A stretch of DNA of 48,929 nucleotides from Brooklawnia sp. (GCF_049651565.1 NZ_JBASCI010000120.1:1-48929); one strand, 5' to 3'. Shown: positions 19,412 through 29,847, numbered from the stretch's first letter. The notes: generated by a model not told the origin, from the sequence alone. Numbers and translations: made by a program.

Positions 19412-20669
19412 CAGCGTTCTCGCCCGACGAGATACGGATACCAAGCTCGATCCGCTGGTCCGGCTCGGCGAACTTGTCCGCAATGATCGGAGCGAAGTAG
19501 TCGCGGGTCACAGCGTCGAGAGTCGCTTTGATCTCGTCATTACCGTCCTCGGGAACCGCGGGAACGATGAAGAGAATGTTGCTGTTTTTGACGTCGATGT
19601 CGGGGACCAGCTTCTGGTACTCCGCACGATCGGCCCGGCCGTAGCAGAAGACAATCACTTGGAGTGTCGGATTCGCGCGAGCGGCACGCAGCACAACGTC
19701 ACGGAGGTGCTCATCTCGGAAGGAAAAACCGTGAACGAACAGGACACTATTCTCCTTCTCCAACTCATTAGCGAATCGGCGGATCAACTCGTAGTAGGTC
19801 TCGTTCAGGACAGTTGTGGCGAACTTCCGCTTGTCAGGGTTGACAATGCCGAGCTTGTCGTATGCGGTGACGAATCCGCGAACTGCGTCAGGCATTGGTC
19901 CCGAGGTTGCCTTCGCGACGAGGTCTGTCGCATCCACCTCGGCCGGGCTGCTGATTGCGATGAGGTGTTCACGTGCTGCAGCGAGCGCCGTCTTGACCTC
20001 GGAGACGACAGTCAGTCCGTGGTCGAACGTTATCTCGGTCCGTCCCGCGACTCCAATCTCGTGGCGCCATGCGGCCGAGCCATGAAGCTTCAAGAGGTTG
20101 AACACCGGCACCTCTGATCGCTGCTCGAACCTGCTAGACATGCGGAGGCGGATGGTGTTGAAATCGCCAAGGTCAAATCGAGGTCGAATCTTGCCGCTGA
20201 AGCCATCGCTGAAGTCGAGCCCCATCTGCTCCATTGCGACCTCGAAAACCATGTCGATGTTCGTCGTAAAGATGTTGGCTTGCCTGGCAAGTATGGAGCT
20301 GTGACGCTTGAGAAGAATGCGGTTGATAGTCCGCAGGAACTTGGCGTACGAGGTCAGAACGGATTCTGCGTCAGCATGGCGCTCAACGACCTTTAGATTC
20401 GGCACGAGTACTGAGTCGAAGAAGTATGCGTAAATGGACGCCCGGACGACCGTCTTCAGGTCGTTGTCCGCAGTTGATTCAGCGAGTTCCGTCAGCGCCT
20501 CTTCCACGTTTCCAAGCAGACCGAAGAACGATGAAGGAGTACCTGCGCCAATCAGGAAACTCAGGTGGGAGTCCTGAACGATCGTACGAAGGCGCTCCGG
20601 ACTGAGGCTGTCATCAGAGTTGCCCAACACGGGTCTATGTGGGATCCCGTTGATGCTGATGTCGGTCAT
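19404..20669 (-). CDS. SIR2-like (SIR2_2) NADase of a SIR2-HerA defence pair
   Basis: FLIGAG, IFTTNID, LKLHGS and HGFSFRDEHL motifs. The ATG overlaps the brxL stop (ATGA). Confidence 0.9.
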   Translation of the reverse strand: MTDISINGIPHRPVLGNSDDSLSPERLRTIVQDSHLSFLIGAGTPSSFFGLLGNVEEALTELAESTADNDLKTVVRASIYAYFFDSVLVPNLKVVERHADAESVLTSYAKFLRTINRILLKRHSSILARQANIFTTNIDMVFEVAMEQMGLDFSDGFSGKIRPRFDLGDFNTIRLRMSSRFEQRSEVPVFNLLKLHGSAAWRHEIGVAGRTEITFDHGLTVVSEVKTALAAAREHLIAISSPAEVDATDLVAKATSGPMPDAVRGFVTAYDKLGIVNPDKRKFATTVLNETYYELIRRFANELEKENSVLFVHGFSFRDEHLRDVVLRAARANPTLQVIVFCYGRADRAEYQKLVPDIDVKNSNILFIVPAVPEDGNDEIKATLDAVTRDYFAPIIADKFAEPDQRIELGIRISSGENADA

Positions 20670-22789
20670 GAGCCACCGTTGCCTTCGTTGATGTAGGTGA
20701 TGCCGAACGCGAAGACCTGGCGGAACTCTTGGCGTCGGGAGCCGAGGTCGTACGGGCTGCCGGAGCCCTTCTGGAAGATGTCGAGTCCTCGGCCAAGGAG
20801 GAGCTTCCATCCGTGGTCGGTGCGGATTGACCTGTCGTGGATGGTTTCGTCCCAGGTGACCGTGAACTGGATGCCTGCGGTGGCGGCGCTGTCTTGGATG
20901 TCCTTGAGCATGAGGAGGTGCTGTTGCCCGTACTCGCCTCGGACTTCCTTGGTCACGAGCGTGACGGTGATTTCGTCGGCGGGGTCTTTGGAGGCTGCCA
21001 GTAGAGCGAGCAGGTCGACGAGGTTGCGCCCTTGGTGCGGCAGCCGGATGTAGGGGTCGACGATGGTGATGTCGCTTGCACCGCGGAGGTACGGCATGAG
21101 CAGCGCTTCGTAGGAGACTCCGCGTTGGTTCTCCTGGAACTCTCGGTGTCCCTCGAATAGTTGAGGCGCCCGCTCGTCCGATGGCTGGATCGCCGTTGTG
21201 GGCTCCGTGTCGGCGGTGTCAGCCTCAGCGGTCGAGGCTGCGTCGTCGGCCTGGGGCGATCGCGCTTGGTAGTAGTCGGGGTACTCGTCTTCTTCGAGGG
21301 TGGTGACGCCGTGCCAGGTGCCGGTTGTGTCGCTGTAGCCGAAGTTGACGGCGGCCATGGTGGTGTCGATTCGCAGGATTTGGTCCTTGACGCGCTTGCG
21401 TCCTTCGATGGCGAAGCGGAGCAGTTCCTCGATCTCGGCTGGGGTTGCTTTGCCATCGGGGTAGATGAGCTTCATCAGGCCGGAGAAGGTCTTGTGGATG
21501 CCGTCGCGGTCGCGGGTGGAGATGTCTGAGCCGAGGGTGAAGTGCTGCTGGTAGCGGTCGGAGTAGTCGGTGTTGCGCATCGACCGCAGCACTTCGGCGA
21601 TGTAGTCGACGACGAAGCCGTAGCCGGCGGAGAACATCTCACTGCGGATGGTGTCTACCTCCCAGCCGGGGATGTAGAAGTGGAGCCGGTCGAGGTAGGC
21701 GGAGTCGTGGTACGCCTCGGGCAGTTCGTCGAAGAGGTCGGAGTGCTTGAGCATGTAGGGCACGTTGTGCGAGGTGTTGCCCACGAACACCATCGATGCT
21801 TCGGCGCCGAGTGTCTCCACCCCACGGGAGAACGACTTGTTCGCCATGTAGTTCTTCATGATGTCGACGAGTGCTTTGTCGGTGCGCTTCTTCTTTCCGG
21901 CGAACTCGTCGAACGCGACAACATCCCAGTAGCCGACCAGGCCGATGCGGCCGTTGGCGTTGTTGACGAAGAGCTTGGGGACGGTGACCTCGCCACCGGA
22001 GATCAGCATGCCGTGGGGCGAGAACTCGGAGTAGATGTGGGACTTGCCGGTGCCCTTCGGCCCGAGCTCGACCAGGTTGTAGTTGCGCTCAACGAACGGG
22101 ATGAGGCGCACGAGCTGCAGGAGCTTTGCACGGCGGCCGAACATCTCGGGGTTGAACCCGATGGACTGGATCAGCAGGTCGATCCACTCTTCCGTGTTGA
22201 ATCCCAGGCGTGATTCGAGGTAGCCCTCGTAGTCGAAGCTCGACATCTGGATCGGCTTCAGGCTCCCAAGTATCCACGGCACAACGCGAGCGTCGTCGCT
22301 GTGGAAGTACTCGATGTCGCAGATGCACCACACGCCGCCGACGAGCAGCTTCGGGTTCGCCTTCACGGTCGCCGGTTCGACGATCACACCGCTGAGGCCC
22401 AGGTTGGCGAACGATGCCTGGTACACGTCCTGCTTGTCGTTCAGAGTCACGGTCACCTTGTCGATGATCCGGTGGCGGCCCTTCTCGCGGATGGTGGACT
22501 TCACCAGTTCGGACTCGTTGCGGTGTACGTAGTGGTCAGCGAGAATCTTGCGCACCGCGTCGATACCGGCCTGGATCGTCGCCTCGTCGTCGGACGCGGC
22601 GTACTGGCCGAGAAGGTACTCCAGCACGTAGGAGGGGACGATCGCGTTGCCCTTGACGGCTTTCACGAGGTCCTTGCGCACGACCGAGCCGCCGAACAGC
22701 AGGTTGATCTTGTAGTCGAGGTCGCTCTGCTGCGGTGTACTCGTCGCGGCGTCTGGTTCTTCGCCGGGATGGTTCTGGGTGTCCGTCAT
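20666..22789 (-). CDS. brxL: BREX BrxL (MCM/AAA+) with a C-terminal MIT_C/PLD-like domain in place of the Lon domain
   Basis: VVRKDL, PSYVLEYLLG, ELGPKGTGKSH and WDVVAFDE motifs. The tail reads DPYIR..HQ..N...IHDRSI.TDHGWK..LGRGLDIFQ. Confidence 0.9.
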   Translation of the reverse strand: MTDTQNHPGEEPDAATSTPQQSDLDYKINLLFGGSVVRKDLVKAVKGNAIVPSYVLEYLLGQYAASDDEATIQAGIDAVRKILADHYVHRNESELVKSTIREKGRHRIIDKVTVTLNDKQDVYQASFANLGLSGVIVEPATVKANPKLLVGGVWCICDIEYFHSDDARVVPWILGSLKPIQMSSFDYEGYLESRLGFNTEEWIDLLIQSIGFNPEMFGRRAKLLQLVRLIPFVERNYNLVELGPKGTGKSHIYSEFSPHGMLISGGEVTVPKLFVNNANGRIGLVGYWDVVAFDEFAGKKKRTDKALVDIMKNYMANKSFSRGVETLGAEASMVFVGNTSHNVPYMLKHSDLFDELPEAYHDSAYLDRLHFYIPGWEVDTIRSEMFSAGYGFVVDYIAEVLRSMRNTDYSDRYQQHFTLGSDISTRDRDGIHKTFSGLMKLIYPDGKATPAEIEELLRFAIEGRKRVKDQILRIDTTMAAVNFGYSDTTGTWHGVTTLEEDEYPDYYQARSPQADDAASTAEADTADTEPTTAIQPSDERAPQLFEGHREFQENQRGVSYEALLMPYLRGASDITIVDPYIRLPHQGRNLVDLLALLAASKDPADEITVTLVTKEVRGEYGQQHLLMLKDIQDSAATAGIQFTVTWDETIHDRSIRTDHGWKLLLGRGLDIFQKGSGSPYDLGSRRQEFRQVFAFGITYINEGNGGS

Positions 22790-22803
22790 GGCTGCTGCTT
22801 CCC

Positions 22804-25299
22804 CTAGAAATCGAAGTCCGACGTGAACGAGCGCTTGAGCAGGTACTGAGCCCGCTGGTAGACGCGCCACTGTGTGGTGTTGGGTATCTGCTCTTCGAGT
22901 CGGAACTCGACCGTGCGGTTGTTGAACTCGTTGGCGTCCTGGCTGAGCAGCATCCGTGCACTCTGGTAGCGGTCACGCTTGTCGTCGGAGGGCTGGTCGA
23001 AGATCAGCTCGGGCTGGTTTGAGATCAGGGTCTCGCCGACGTAGATGCCCGCGCGCAGGGTGCGCGGCTGGACCTTCTCGCTCACTGGCTCGGACTGGAA
23101 GAGCTTCACGACAAGTTGCCCGGTGGTGATCTTGTCAGTCTCGGGTAGAACCTCGACGTTGACGGGCCGGGTGTCGCTCTTGCGCTTCTTGTTGACCGTG
23201 ACGACCGGCACCACGACTTCCTGGAGCGAGGCTCCGCCGTGGACGAACCGTGAGCCAGCTCCTGGGAGCTTGAGGCGGTGGATTGACTTGGGAATCTGTA
23301 CCTCAAGGTCGCTGCTGAGCCCCACCTGTTGGGGCTCAAACGTCCGGAAGGCCGGATCGTCCTTGAGGCCCCGCCCGAGCACGTATCGACGGTTGGTGAC
23401 CACCAGGTCGTCGCCCTGCGGCTTGGTCGAGAGGTACGAGGCGTCGGCTAGTGCGGTGTCCTGGAAGAGGAAGCCGTGGTCGGCGGTGACGAGGATGTTC
23501 GTGGCGTTCGCGTTGGTCAGCCGCTTGATCAGGTCCACCAGATCGCGCAGCGCGTCGTTGGCGGCCTCGAACACCTGCCGCTCCGTGGTCGCCTTGTCGC
23601 CAATTGCGTCGATCCGGTCGTGGTAGACGTACAGCACCTGGTGTGCACCGTAGCGTTCGCGCAGCTCACCGCGCGGCATCGACAACACTTCCTCGGCCCG
23701 GATCGCGAACCCACCCACTGGAGCCAAGACCTTGTTGCGGTTCGCAGTTCCGTCGGAACGCTGGCCGTCAACGAGCACGGGATCACCACCACGGGAGTGG
23801 GCCAGGGTCTTGTGTGGAAGCAGAGCCGCCATGCCGAGCTGGGTGTAGCTCGGCAGCACACCCAGCATCGCGTCGAGTTCCGCATCGAAGCGGTCTTCCT
23901 GCCGGATGCGTGAGCGGAGTTCATCGGCGATCTCGTAGCGCAGCGCATCGGAGATGATGACGACGGCCTTCCGGTTGCCCTTGCAGATGATCGGCTCAAC
24001 GTGATCGGTGAAGAACCTGGTCTGCGGTCGTAGCGTCACGGATCGCCAGTCCTGCACGGCGTCGACCTGCTGCTGCCAGGAGTTGCCTAGCTCATACAGA
24101 TAGCGGTTCGCATAGTGCTTCTCAACCTCGACGCGGAGAGCTTCCAGCGGGCCGGCGTACTCCGTGATGCGAGCGGCAAAGTGGAACTGTCGATAGAGCT
24201 GGTCGATGCGGAACCACTGCTTGCGGTAGCGGTCCAGGCCCTCGTCGAACGACGTTATCGCGAACCGCGCGGTTGAGAGTTCGCTCAGCAGGTCCGAGGC
24301 GGCGCCGAGCGCCGTGTACAACTCCCGATACCCGTCCACCCAGATGCTGCTCTGGCGCGCACGGATCGTCTCTGAGACCTCCCGCGCGTTCATCGTCCGT
24401 TCGCCAACTGCCTGGGCGAGCAGACTGATGACCTTTTGTTCCACATCCTCGAAGAGGTCATTGCCTACAAGGTCGATGAGTTCGGCGTCCTCGATGCTGT
24501 CCGCGTAGCTCAGGCTCTCTGATGCTCGGCGCGCCAAGATCGCGAGAGCGGCGGCGCTGCGCCGGTCATTGCGCAGGCTCGCGAAGTCGAGCTGAATGTT
24601 GCGCAGCGCACCCGGAACCTCCGATGCGAACCCGTTGGCGGCCTGGCGGAACATCCACAACACGAAGTCATCGACGCTGGGCTCGTTCGCTTCATAGCCG
24701 TAAATCTTGGCTACCCCAGCCCAGTGGAACCCATCGAGCCCCTGCTCAACCAGAGCTTCGTACTTGCTCGCCTCGCTGCGTGCGTTCTCGATCAGCAGCG
24801 TGCGAGTGAGTTCCAGCATGCTGTGCTCACGCTGGCCAACCAGAACCGCGCACATCTTGGCGCGCAACCGATCCGCATCGTCGTCGGCCGTGAGTAGGGT
24901 CTTGAGGGTCTGCACTCGCTTGGCGGCCCGGAAGAACTTCTCGTGGTCGCGGACGACCTGGTCGATTCGGGGGCCATCGAGCCCAAGGTCCTGTCGCACG
25001 AGCGCCGGACGGTCGGCGGTGAACACGCCGTAGGCCAGCTCAAGGTCGAGCAACCAGTTGCCGACGCCGGCGGGGACGCCACCTGCTCGGTAGATGAGGA
25101 ACTTGGCCGTCGGATCGTCATGTAGCACACGGTTCTTCACCGCGTACTCGTTGTTCTCGACGCGCAACGTCGTGACTTCGCCGAGGTCAAGCGTGTCGAG
25201 CTCGGCAGCGTACTCTCCCTCCGTGTCATGCCAGAACACGAGCCGTTGCGACTCGAATCGCTGCTCCAGATGTGGAAGGACGGCGCTGAGTGAACTCAT
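22804..25299 (-). CDS. pglZ: BREX-1 PglZ alkaline-phosphatase-family protein
   Basis: RLVFWHD, VIISDALRYE, LPSYTQLGMAALLP, VTADHGFLF and FVHGGASLQE motifs. Confidence 0.95.
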   Translation of the reverse strand: MSSLSAVLPHLEQRFESQRLVFWHDTEGEYAAELDTLDLGEVTTLRVENNEYAVKNRVLHDDPTAKFLIYRAGGVPAGVGNWLLDLELAYGVFTADRPALVRQDLGLDGPRIDQVVRDHEKFFRAAKRVQTLKTLLTADDDADRLRAKMCAVLVGQREHSMLELTRTLLIENARSEASKYEALVEQGLDGFHWAGVAKIYGYEANEPSVDDFVLWMFRQAANGFASEVPGALRNIQLDFASLRNDRRSAAALAILARRASESLSYADSIEDAELIDLVGNDLFEDVEQKVISLLAQAVGERTMNAREVSETIRARQSSIWVDGYRELYTALGAASDLLSELSTARFAITSFDEGLDRYRKQWFRIDQLYRQFHFAARITEYAGPLEALRVEVEKHYANRYLYELGNSWQQQVDAVQDWRSVTLRPQTRFFTDHVEPIICKGNRKAVVIISDALRYEIADELRSRIRQEDRFDAELDAMLGVLPSYTQLGMAALLPHKTLAHSRGGDPVLVDGQRSDGTANRNKVLAPVGGFAIRAEEVLSMPRGELRERYGAHQVLYVYHDRIDAIGDKATTERQVFEAANDALRDLVDLIKRLTNANATNILVTADHGFLFQDTALADASYLSTKPQGDDLVVTNRRYVLGRGLKDDPAFRTFEPQQVGLSSDLEVQIPKSIHRLKLPGAGSRFVHGGASLQEVVVPVVTVNKKRKSDTRPVNVEVLPETDKITTGQLVVKLFQSEPVSEKVQPRTLRAGIYVGETLISNQPELIFDQPSDDKRDRYQSARMLLSQDANEFNNRTVEFRLEEQIPNTTQWRVYQRAQYLLKRSFTSDFDF

Positions 25300-26342
25300 T
25301 CTGCGCCCTCCTGCCCCGATGTCGCTTCGATCTCGCGCCTCGCGACCCTCTCGGTGGCCGCCTGATAAATCTGCTGGATGCGTGCTTGCAACTCGGCCTT
25401 CGGCGGTAGCGCGGTCCAGTACTCAGCGACGACGATCCCGTCCTTGTGCATCTCCAGCAGCTCGATCTGCTCGCGGCCCGTCTCCGTGCACAGGATCAGT
25501 CCGATCGGTGGCTCCTCACCCTCCCGCCGTTCGTAGCGGTCAAGCCACTTGAGATAGAGCTTCATCTGGCCCTCGTAGGCGGCCTTGAACTTGCCGATCT
25601 TCAACTCGACGGCGACCAGGCGTCTCAGCGGTCTGCTGAAGAAGAGCAGGTCGAGGTGGTAGTCGTCATCGTCGATGATCATCCGCTTCTGGCGCTCGAC
25701 GAACGCGAAGCCGTTGCCCGCTTCGAGCAGGAACGCCTCCATGTCTCGGACGATCGCTGCTTCGAGGTCGCGTTCGAGGAAGGTGTCCTCCAGACCGAGG
25801 AAGTCCAGCAGGTACGGGTCGCGGAACACGTCGCGCGGGACGCCGGTCTCGCCCACGAACTGCGCGTTAGCGATCTCGCGGCGCTCGAACGCCTTCCGTG
25901 AGATCAGATGCCGCAGGCCTCGAACGCTCAGCCCCTGAGCCATGACCTCCTGCACGTAGAAGGCTCTGGCCTCTGGGGACTTCAGGGGAAGCAGGGCTCG
26001 GAAGTGGGTCCAGCTCAATTGTCGTCCCAGCGAGACGACGATCTGCTCGTCGGGGAACTGCTCGGCGAACTGGACCATACGGCGAAGGTTCTTCTCCTCG
26101 TACGAACGCCCGTACCGCTCCACCAATTGTCGTCCCAGCGAGACGACAATCTGCTCGCCGTAGGCAGCGCGCTCCGAGCCGAGCACTTCCTCGCCGACAA
26201 GCCGGCCGAGCCGCCAGAAGGTCAACGTGAGTGCGAGGTTTGCCTGGCGGGCAGCCGCCGCCTGGCCCTCCTCGATCACCTCTGCGGCACGCGCGAGCAA
26301 CTCCCGTTCGGCTCCCTGGCCGCTCCGAGCGATCTCACTCAT
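25296..26342 (-). CDS. YhcG/DUF1016 PD-(D/E)XK nuclease-family protein within the BREX operon
   Basis: LSWTHF, FRDPYLLDFL, LE.G.GFAFVERQKR, DLLF...LVAVELK and PIGLILC motifs. Overlaps both pglX and pglZ. Confidence 0.9.
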   Translation of the reverse strand: MSEIARSGQGAERELLARAAEVIEEGQAAAARQANLALTLTFWRLGRLVGEEVLGSERAAYGEQIVVSLGRQLVERYGRSYEEKNLRRMVQFAEQFPDEQIVVSLGRQLSWTHFRALLPLKSPEARAFYVQEVMAQGLSVRGLRHLISRKAFERREIANAQFVGETGVPRDVFRDPYLLDFLGLEDTFLERDLEAAIVRDMEAFLLEAGNGFAFVERQKRMIIDDDDYHLDLLFFSRPLRRLVAVELKIGKFKAAYEGQMKLYLKWLDRYERREGEEPPIGLILCTETGREQIELLEMHKDGIVVAEYWTALPPKAELQARIQQIYQAATERVARREIEATSGQEGAE

Positions 26343-29300
26343 TGGCGGCCTCCAACCCAGTGATCTTCTTGAGGGCCGGGTAGAACCTCGGGTAGTTCAC
26401 CTTCACCCCGTCGTCGAGGTCGATGGCGATCTGTTGCGACGCCAGTGGGTAGAGCACGTCGTGCTCATACTCACCCAGTTCCAGCAGCACATTGCGCAGC
26501 CGCTCGGACTCCTTCAGTGCTGCGGCCTTCTCGCGTGGTGTGCCATCCCCGGCGGCGAGACGCTCCTGGTGCTGAAGGTTCGCCTCCAGCTTCGACTCAA
26601 ACTCCCGCAGGTACTCGTTCAGTACCGTCGAGACCGTGGACGGTGTGTAGCGATGCATGTAGACCAACGCGTTGAACGAACCCTTCGGGCTGGAGAACAG
26701 CCAGTAGATCGGGCGCTTCTTGTAACGCTTCACGTGATCGTCGTAGAACTTGGATCGTCCGGCACGGGTAACGAAGTACTCCCGCAGAGCCTTGACGCCG
26801 AGCGACTCCTCAACGAACCGCAGATTCTCCTCGAAGTGCTCCTCGCCGAACGCCGCCCGCAGGAACTGGCGGAACCGCGCCACAATGTCGTCCTCGAACC
26901 AGTCGCCATCAACGATCGGTAGAACGTTGTCTGCATCAGGCGCGAACGTTGGCTGCGGCACCTTGGCGAGATAGTCCCGTATTGTCGCGCCCTGGTCAGC
27001 AAGGATCAGGCCGGGTTCATCGAGGCTATAGCGACCGAACATGCAGCCGACCGCGTACGACACAAGGTCCTCGACATGTTCGCGATTCCGGATGTCCACG
27101 CCGCTCGAAGCGACCAGTCGAGCCGCGACCTCGGCTTCCTCCTCACCAAGATAGGCAGCGGCAAAGAGGCTGTCGAGTTCTCGCTCCGCTTCGGCGAGAG
27201 ACGCTGCACGGGCATCCTCGATTCTCTGAACTTCTTCAACGGCCAGAGCTAAATCATCGCTGGCTTGAACCACTGATGGCGCAGAGAACTCAACCGAGAG
27301 CTCGCTTGCATCCCAGGCTTGTCTTGAAAGCAAAATGCACTCGGACACGAGCTCGGCAACCTTGTCGCTCTCGCGAACGCGGACCGGCAGGCTCAGCACG
27401 TGCCCGAGCTTGAAGTCCAGTCGCGGGGCGAGCAGGCGCATGAACTTGGTCGCGGTGGAACTGTTGAGGAACCCTTCAAGGACAAGGAGTTCGGGCTCGG
27501 AGTTAGCGAACGCCATCGGGCCCTTTGCGTCAAACATAAATCCGCCATCAACGTGCCGCACGGCAAAGCCATCGCCTGATATGCCGGACCAGGTAAAACC
27601 CCGTTTGAACCCGAAAGCGCCGTTGTAGTTATGGGATCGAACGCGCCCCGTTTCCTCGACAACGTTGGCCCGGGCTCGCGCACCGTCGTTTTCCCAATCG
27701 ACGACGTAGTCGAAGTTGCCATACCAGCGGCGCGACGATCCGCCCTTCTGATAGGGAAACCAGCGCGCACCACTCTTGACGCTTTCGTCAGTCGAATCGA
27801 TTCCAAATCCGATCTGCCGTAACGAGACCTCGTGCCAGCGACGCAGGAATCGATCGTTGTCTCCGGTGGTGAGGCCTTCACGAGCTTGGACGAGGTCGCC
27901 CAGATAAGGCCCTCTGCGCAAAGCTGCGATCTCATCATCGGTCGCCCAGTAGACGACTGGAGTGCTGGGCACATCGAGAAACTCGGAGACGCTGCGCACC
28001 CACACGCGGGAAGGGTTACGACCAGACGCAGCTTGCTTGACGACGCTGGCCTTGGCGCCGCCATCAACGTCAGCGGCGCGGACGAAGACGGTGCGCGAGA
28101 GCTTGGTGTTACTCGCTCCCGACACGAAAGCGACGGTCGAGACCACCTCGCCGCCAATTGTGTCGAATGCCGAGGTTCCAAGGTGTGCCAGCGTCATCAG
28201 AGAACTACGAGCCAGAAGTCGGCTTCGATACTTCGAATATGCGCCAAGGAACATCCAGCTGTCTTGAGTGACCATAGCGATGACGCCAGCAGAGCCAACG
28301 AGATCGAAACAACGATCAATGAACATCGCGTACATATCAATCTTCGCAAGTGGGTACTCATTCTTTGCGAAGGCGGCGAGCAAAGCCACCATGTTTCCGC
28401 TGCCCATGTATGGCGGATTCGCCACAGCGACGCTGTAGGTCCTTGCCAGCAAGTCTGCTTGCCGCACGACTGAGTCCGCGCGCGCAAGCAGCTCGGACGT
28501 CAGGAGATCGTTCTCGTCCGCGTTCTGATTGGCAGCAGACAGTGCTCTCCGCGCTGCGCGGAGTGCGTCCTGATTCGGTTTCACCAGCGACCCGGAGGTG
28601 TCGGCGGAGGCAAAGACATTCCAGAGTGCTTCTTCGGCTTGCCTATCGCCGTTCTTGGCGACCAGGATGTCAAGCTCGTGGGAGTTGAACGAGATAGGCG
28701 CCAAGACGCGAACGCTTGGAACGACGCGCTTGTTCAGGAACGTACGATGCGCGGCACGCGCTTTCATCGTCAAGGCGAACGCCGCCAGCGCACCAGCGCG
28801 CGGGTCGATCTCGGTGCCGAAGAGATTGCGGGTGAGGATCAACTCGGGAATCTCGGAGGGCGCGTAGCCCTCCTCTTCGTAGATGGCGTAGAGCAGGTCG
28901 AACGCATAGGTAAGCATGTGGCCGGACCCGCAGGCCGGGTCGATGACCGTCAGCTCTTCGGGGCCGGCGATTCTGAGGAAGTCGGTCTCTTCGTCAACCG
29001 GCGCGATGTAGTAGTCCATTCGGTCGACGAGCCGGGAGTCGGGATGGTTCAGCATCCAGAGTCGGCCGACCGAGTTCTCAACGAGGTAGCGAACGATCCA
29101 GTGCGGGGTGAAAAGCTGGGTGGCGGCAGGAATCTCGGCGGCGCCTGCCTTCTTGCCCTTCTTGAACCCGGCGAAGACCTCGTCTTTCCGCTCCGAAATG
29201 TAGAACTGATACAGCCATCCGATCACTTCGACTTCGCGGCAGACCCCTTCGGTGAGAGCCGCGGTCGCCCGCGTGAGGATCGAGTCCGCTGCGAGGAGGT

Positions 29301-29835
29301 TCGCGGGGATGAGGAGTTCGGTGTAGTCACCTTCACGCTCGAACATGAACGGCATCGAGCGGTTCCAGTAACGGCAGTACTCAGCGAGCAGGAGTGTGTA
29401 GGCCTCGCCCTGGGCGTCTGCGCTGGGGCGGGTTCCATCAAGGAGGCCGGTGATCGCGTCGAGGGTGCGCTTGCTGGTGATGACGGCGGGGTCGATGCTG
29501 CCTCGTTTGGCGTCGGCGAGCATCTCGGGCTGTCCGACTTGCTGGCCGTGAGCGGGTGAGACGACGCCGATACCCGTGTAGCCGTTAGCGTCCATGAAGC
29601 GCAGCGCGATGATGCGGTTGAACCAGGTGTATGCGACCTTGTCGACGATAACGTCCTTGCCCTTGGCGCCGCCCCCCGCGGCCGCGATATCACGTTCGAG
29701 CATCGCCACGGCACGCTGGTTCTCGACCCGTTCCGGTGAGGAGGGGGCGAGTACTGCGGTCAGCCGGGCGCTGACCTGGGTGATGAGTTCTCGCCTGGCC
29801 CATGTGGCGAAGCTCTTCAGCGGTGCGGTTTCCAT
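26335..29835 (-). CDS. pglX: BREX-1 adenine methyltransferase PglX
   Basis: VAYTWFNRIIALRFM, EVIGWLYQFY, ATQLFTPHWIV, DPACGSGH, NPPY, KRPIYWLFSS and LDDGVKVNY motifs. Confidence 0.96.
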   Translation of the reverse strand: METAPLKSFATWARRELITQVSARLTAVLAPSSPERVENQRAVAMLERDIAAAGGGAKGKDVIVDKVAYTWFNRIIALRFMDANGYTGIGVVSPAHGQQVGQPEMLADAKRGSIDPAVITSKRTLDAITGLLDGTRPSADAQGEAYTLLLAEYCRYWNRSMPFMFEREGDYTELLIPANLLAADSILTRATAALTEGVCREVEVIGWLYQFYISERKDEVFAGFKKGKKAGAAEIPAATQLFTPHWIVRYLVENSVGRLWMLNHPDSRLVDRMDYYIAPVDEETDFLRIAGPEELTVIDPACGSGHMLTYAFDLLYAIYEEEGYAPSEIPELILTRNLFGTEIDPRAGALAAFALTMKARAAHRTFLNKRVVPSVRVLAPISFNSHELDILVAKNGDRQAEEALWNVFASADTSGSLVKPNQDALRAARRALSAANQNADENDLLTSELLARADSVVRQADLLARTYSVAVANPPYMGSGNMVALLAAFAKNEYPLAKIDMYAMFIDRCFDLVGSAGVIAMVTQDSWMFLGAYSKYRSRLLARSSLMTLAHLGTSAFDTIGGEVVSTVAFVSGASNTKLSRTVFVRAADVDGGAKASVVKQAASGRNPSRVWVRSVSEFLDVPSTPVVYWATDDEIAALRRGPYLGDLVQAREGLTTGDNDRFLRRWHEVSLRQIGFGIDSTDESVKSGARWFPYQKGGSSRRWYGNFDYVVDWENDGARARANVVEETGRVRSHNYNGAFGFKRGFTWSGISGDGFAVRHVDGGFMFDAKGPMAFANSEPELLVLEGFLNSSTATKFMRLLAPRLDFKLGHVLSLPVRVRESDKVAELVSECILLSRQAWDASELSVEFSAPSVVQASDDLALAVEEVQRIEDARAASLAEAERELDSLFAAAYLGEEEAEVAARLVASSGVDIRNREHVEDLVSYAVGCMFGRYSLDEPGLILADQGATIRDYLAKVPQPTFAPDADNVLPIVDGDWFEDDIVARFRQFLRAAFGEEHFEENLRFVEESLGVKALREYFVTRAGRSKFYDDHVKRYKKRPIYWLFSSPKGSFNALVYMHRYTPSTVSTVLNEYLREFESKLEANLQHQERLAAGDGTPREKAAALKESERLRNVLLELGEYEHDVLYPLASQQIAIDLDDGVKVNYPRFYPALKKITGLEAANE

Positions 29836-29847
29836 GCGTGGTGTCTC

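Noticed and set aside
26016..26157. Palindromic direct repeats as a CRISPR array (also 46949-47086)
   Set aside because: Only two copies each, in frame inside genes, with spacers over 70 bp and no cas genes.
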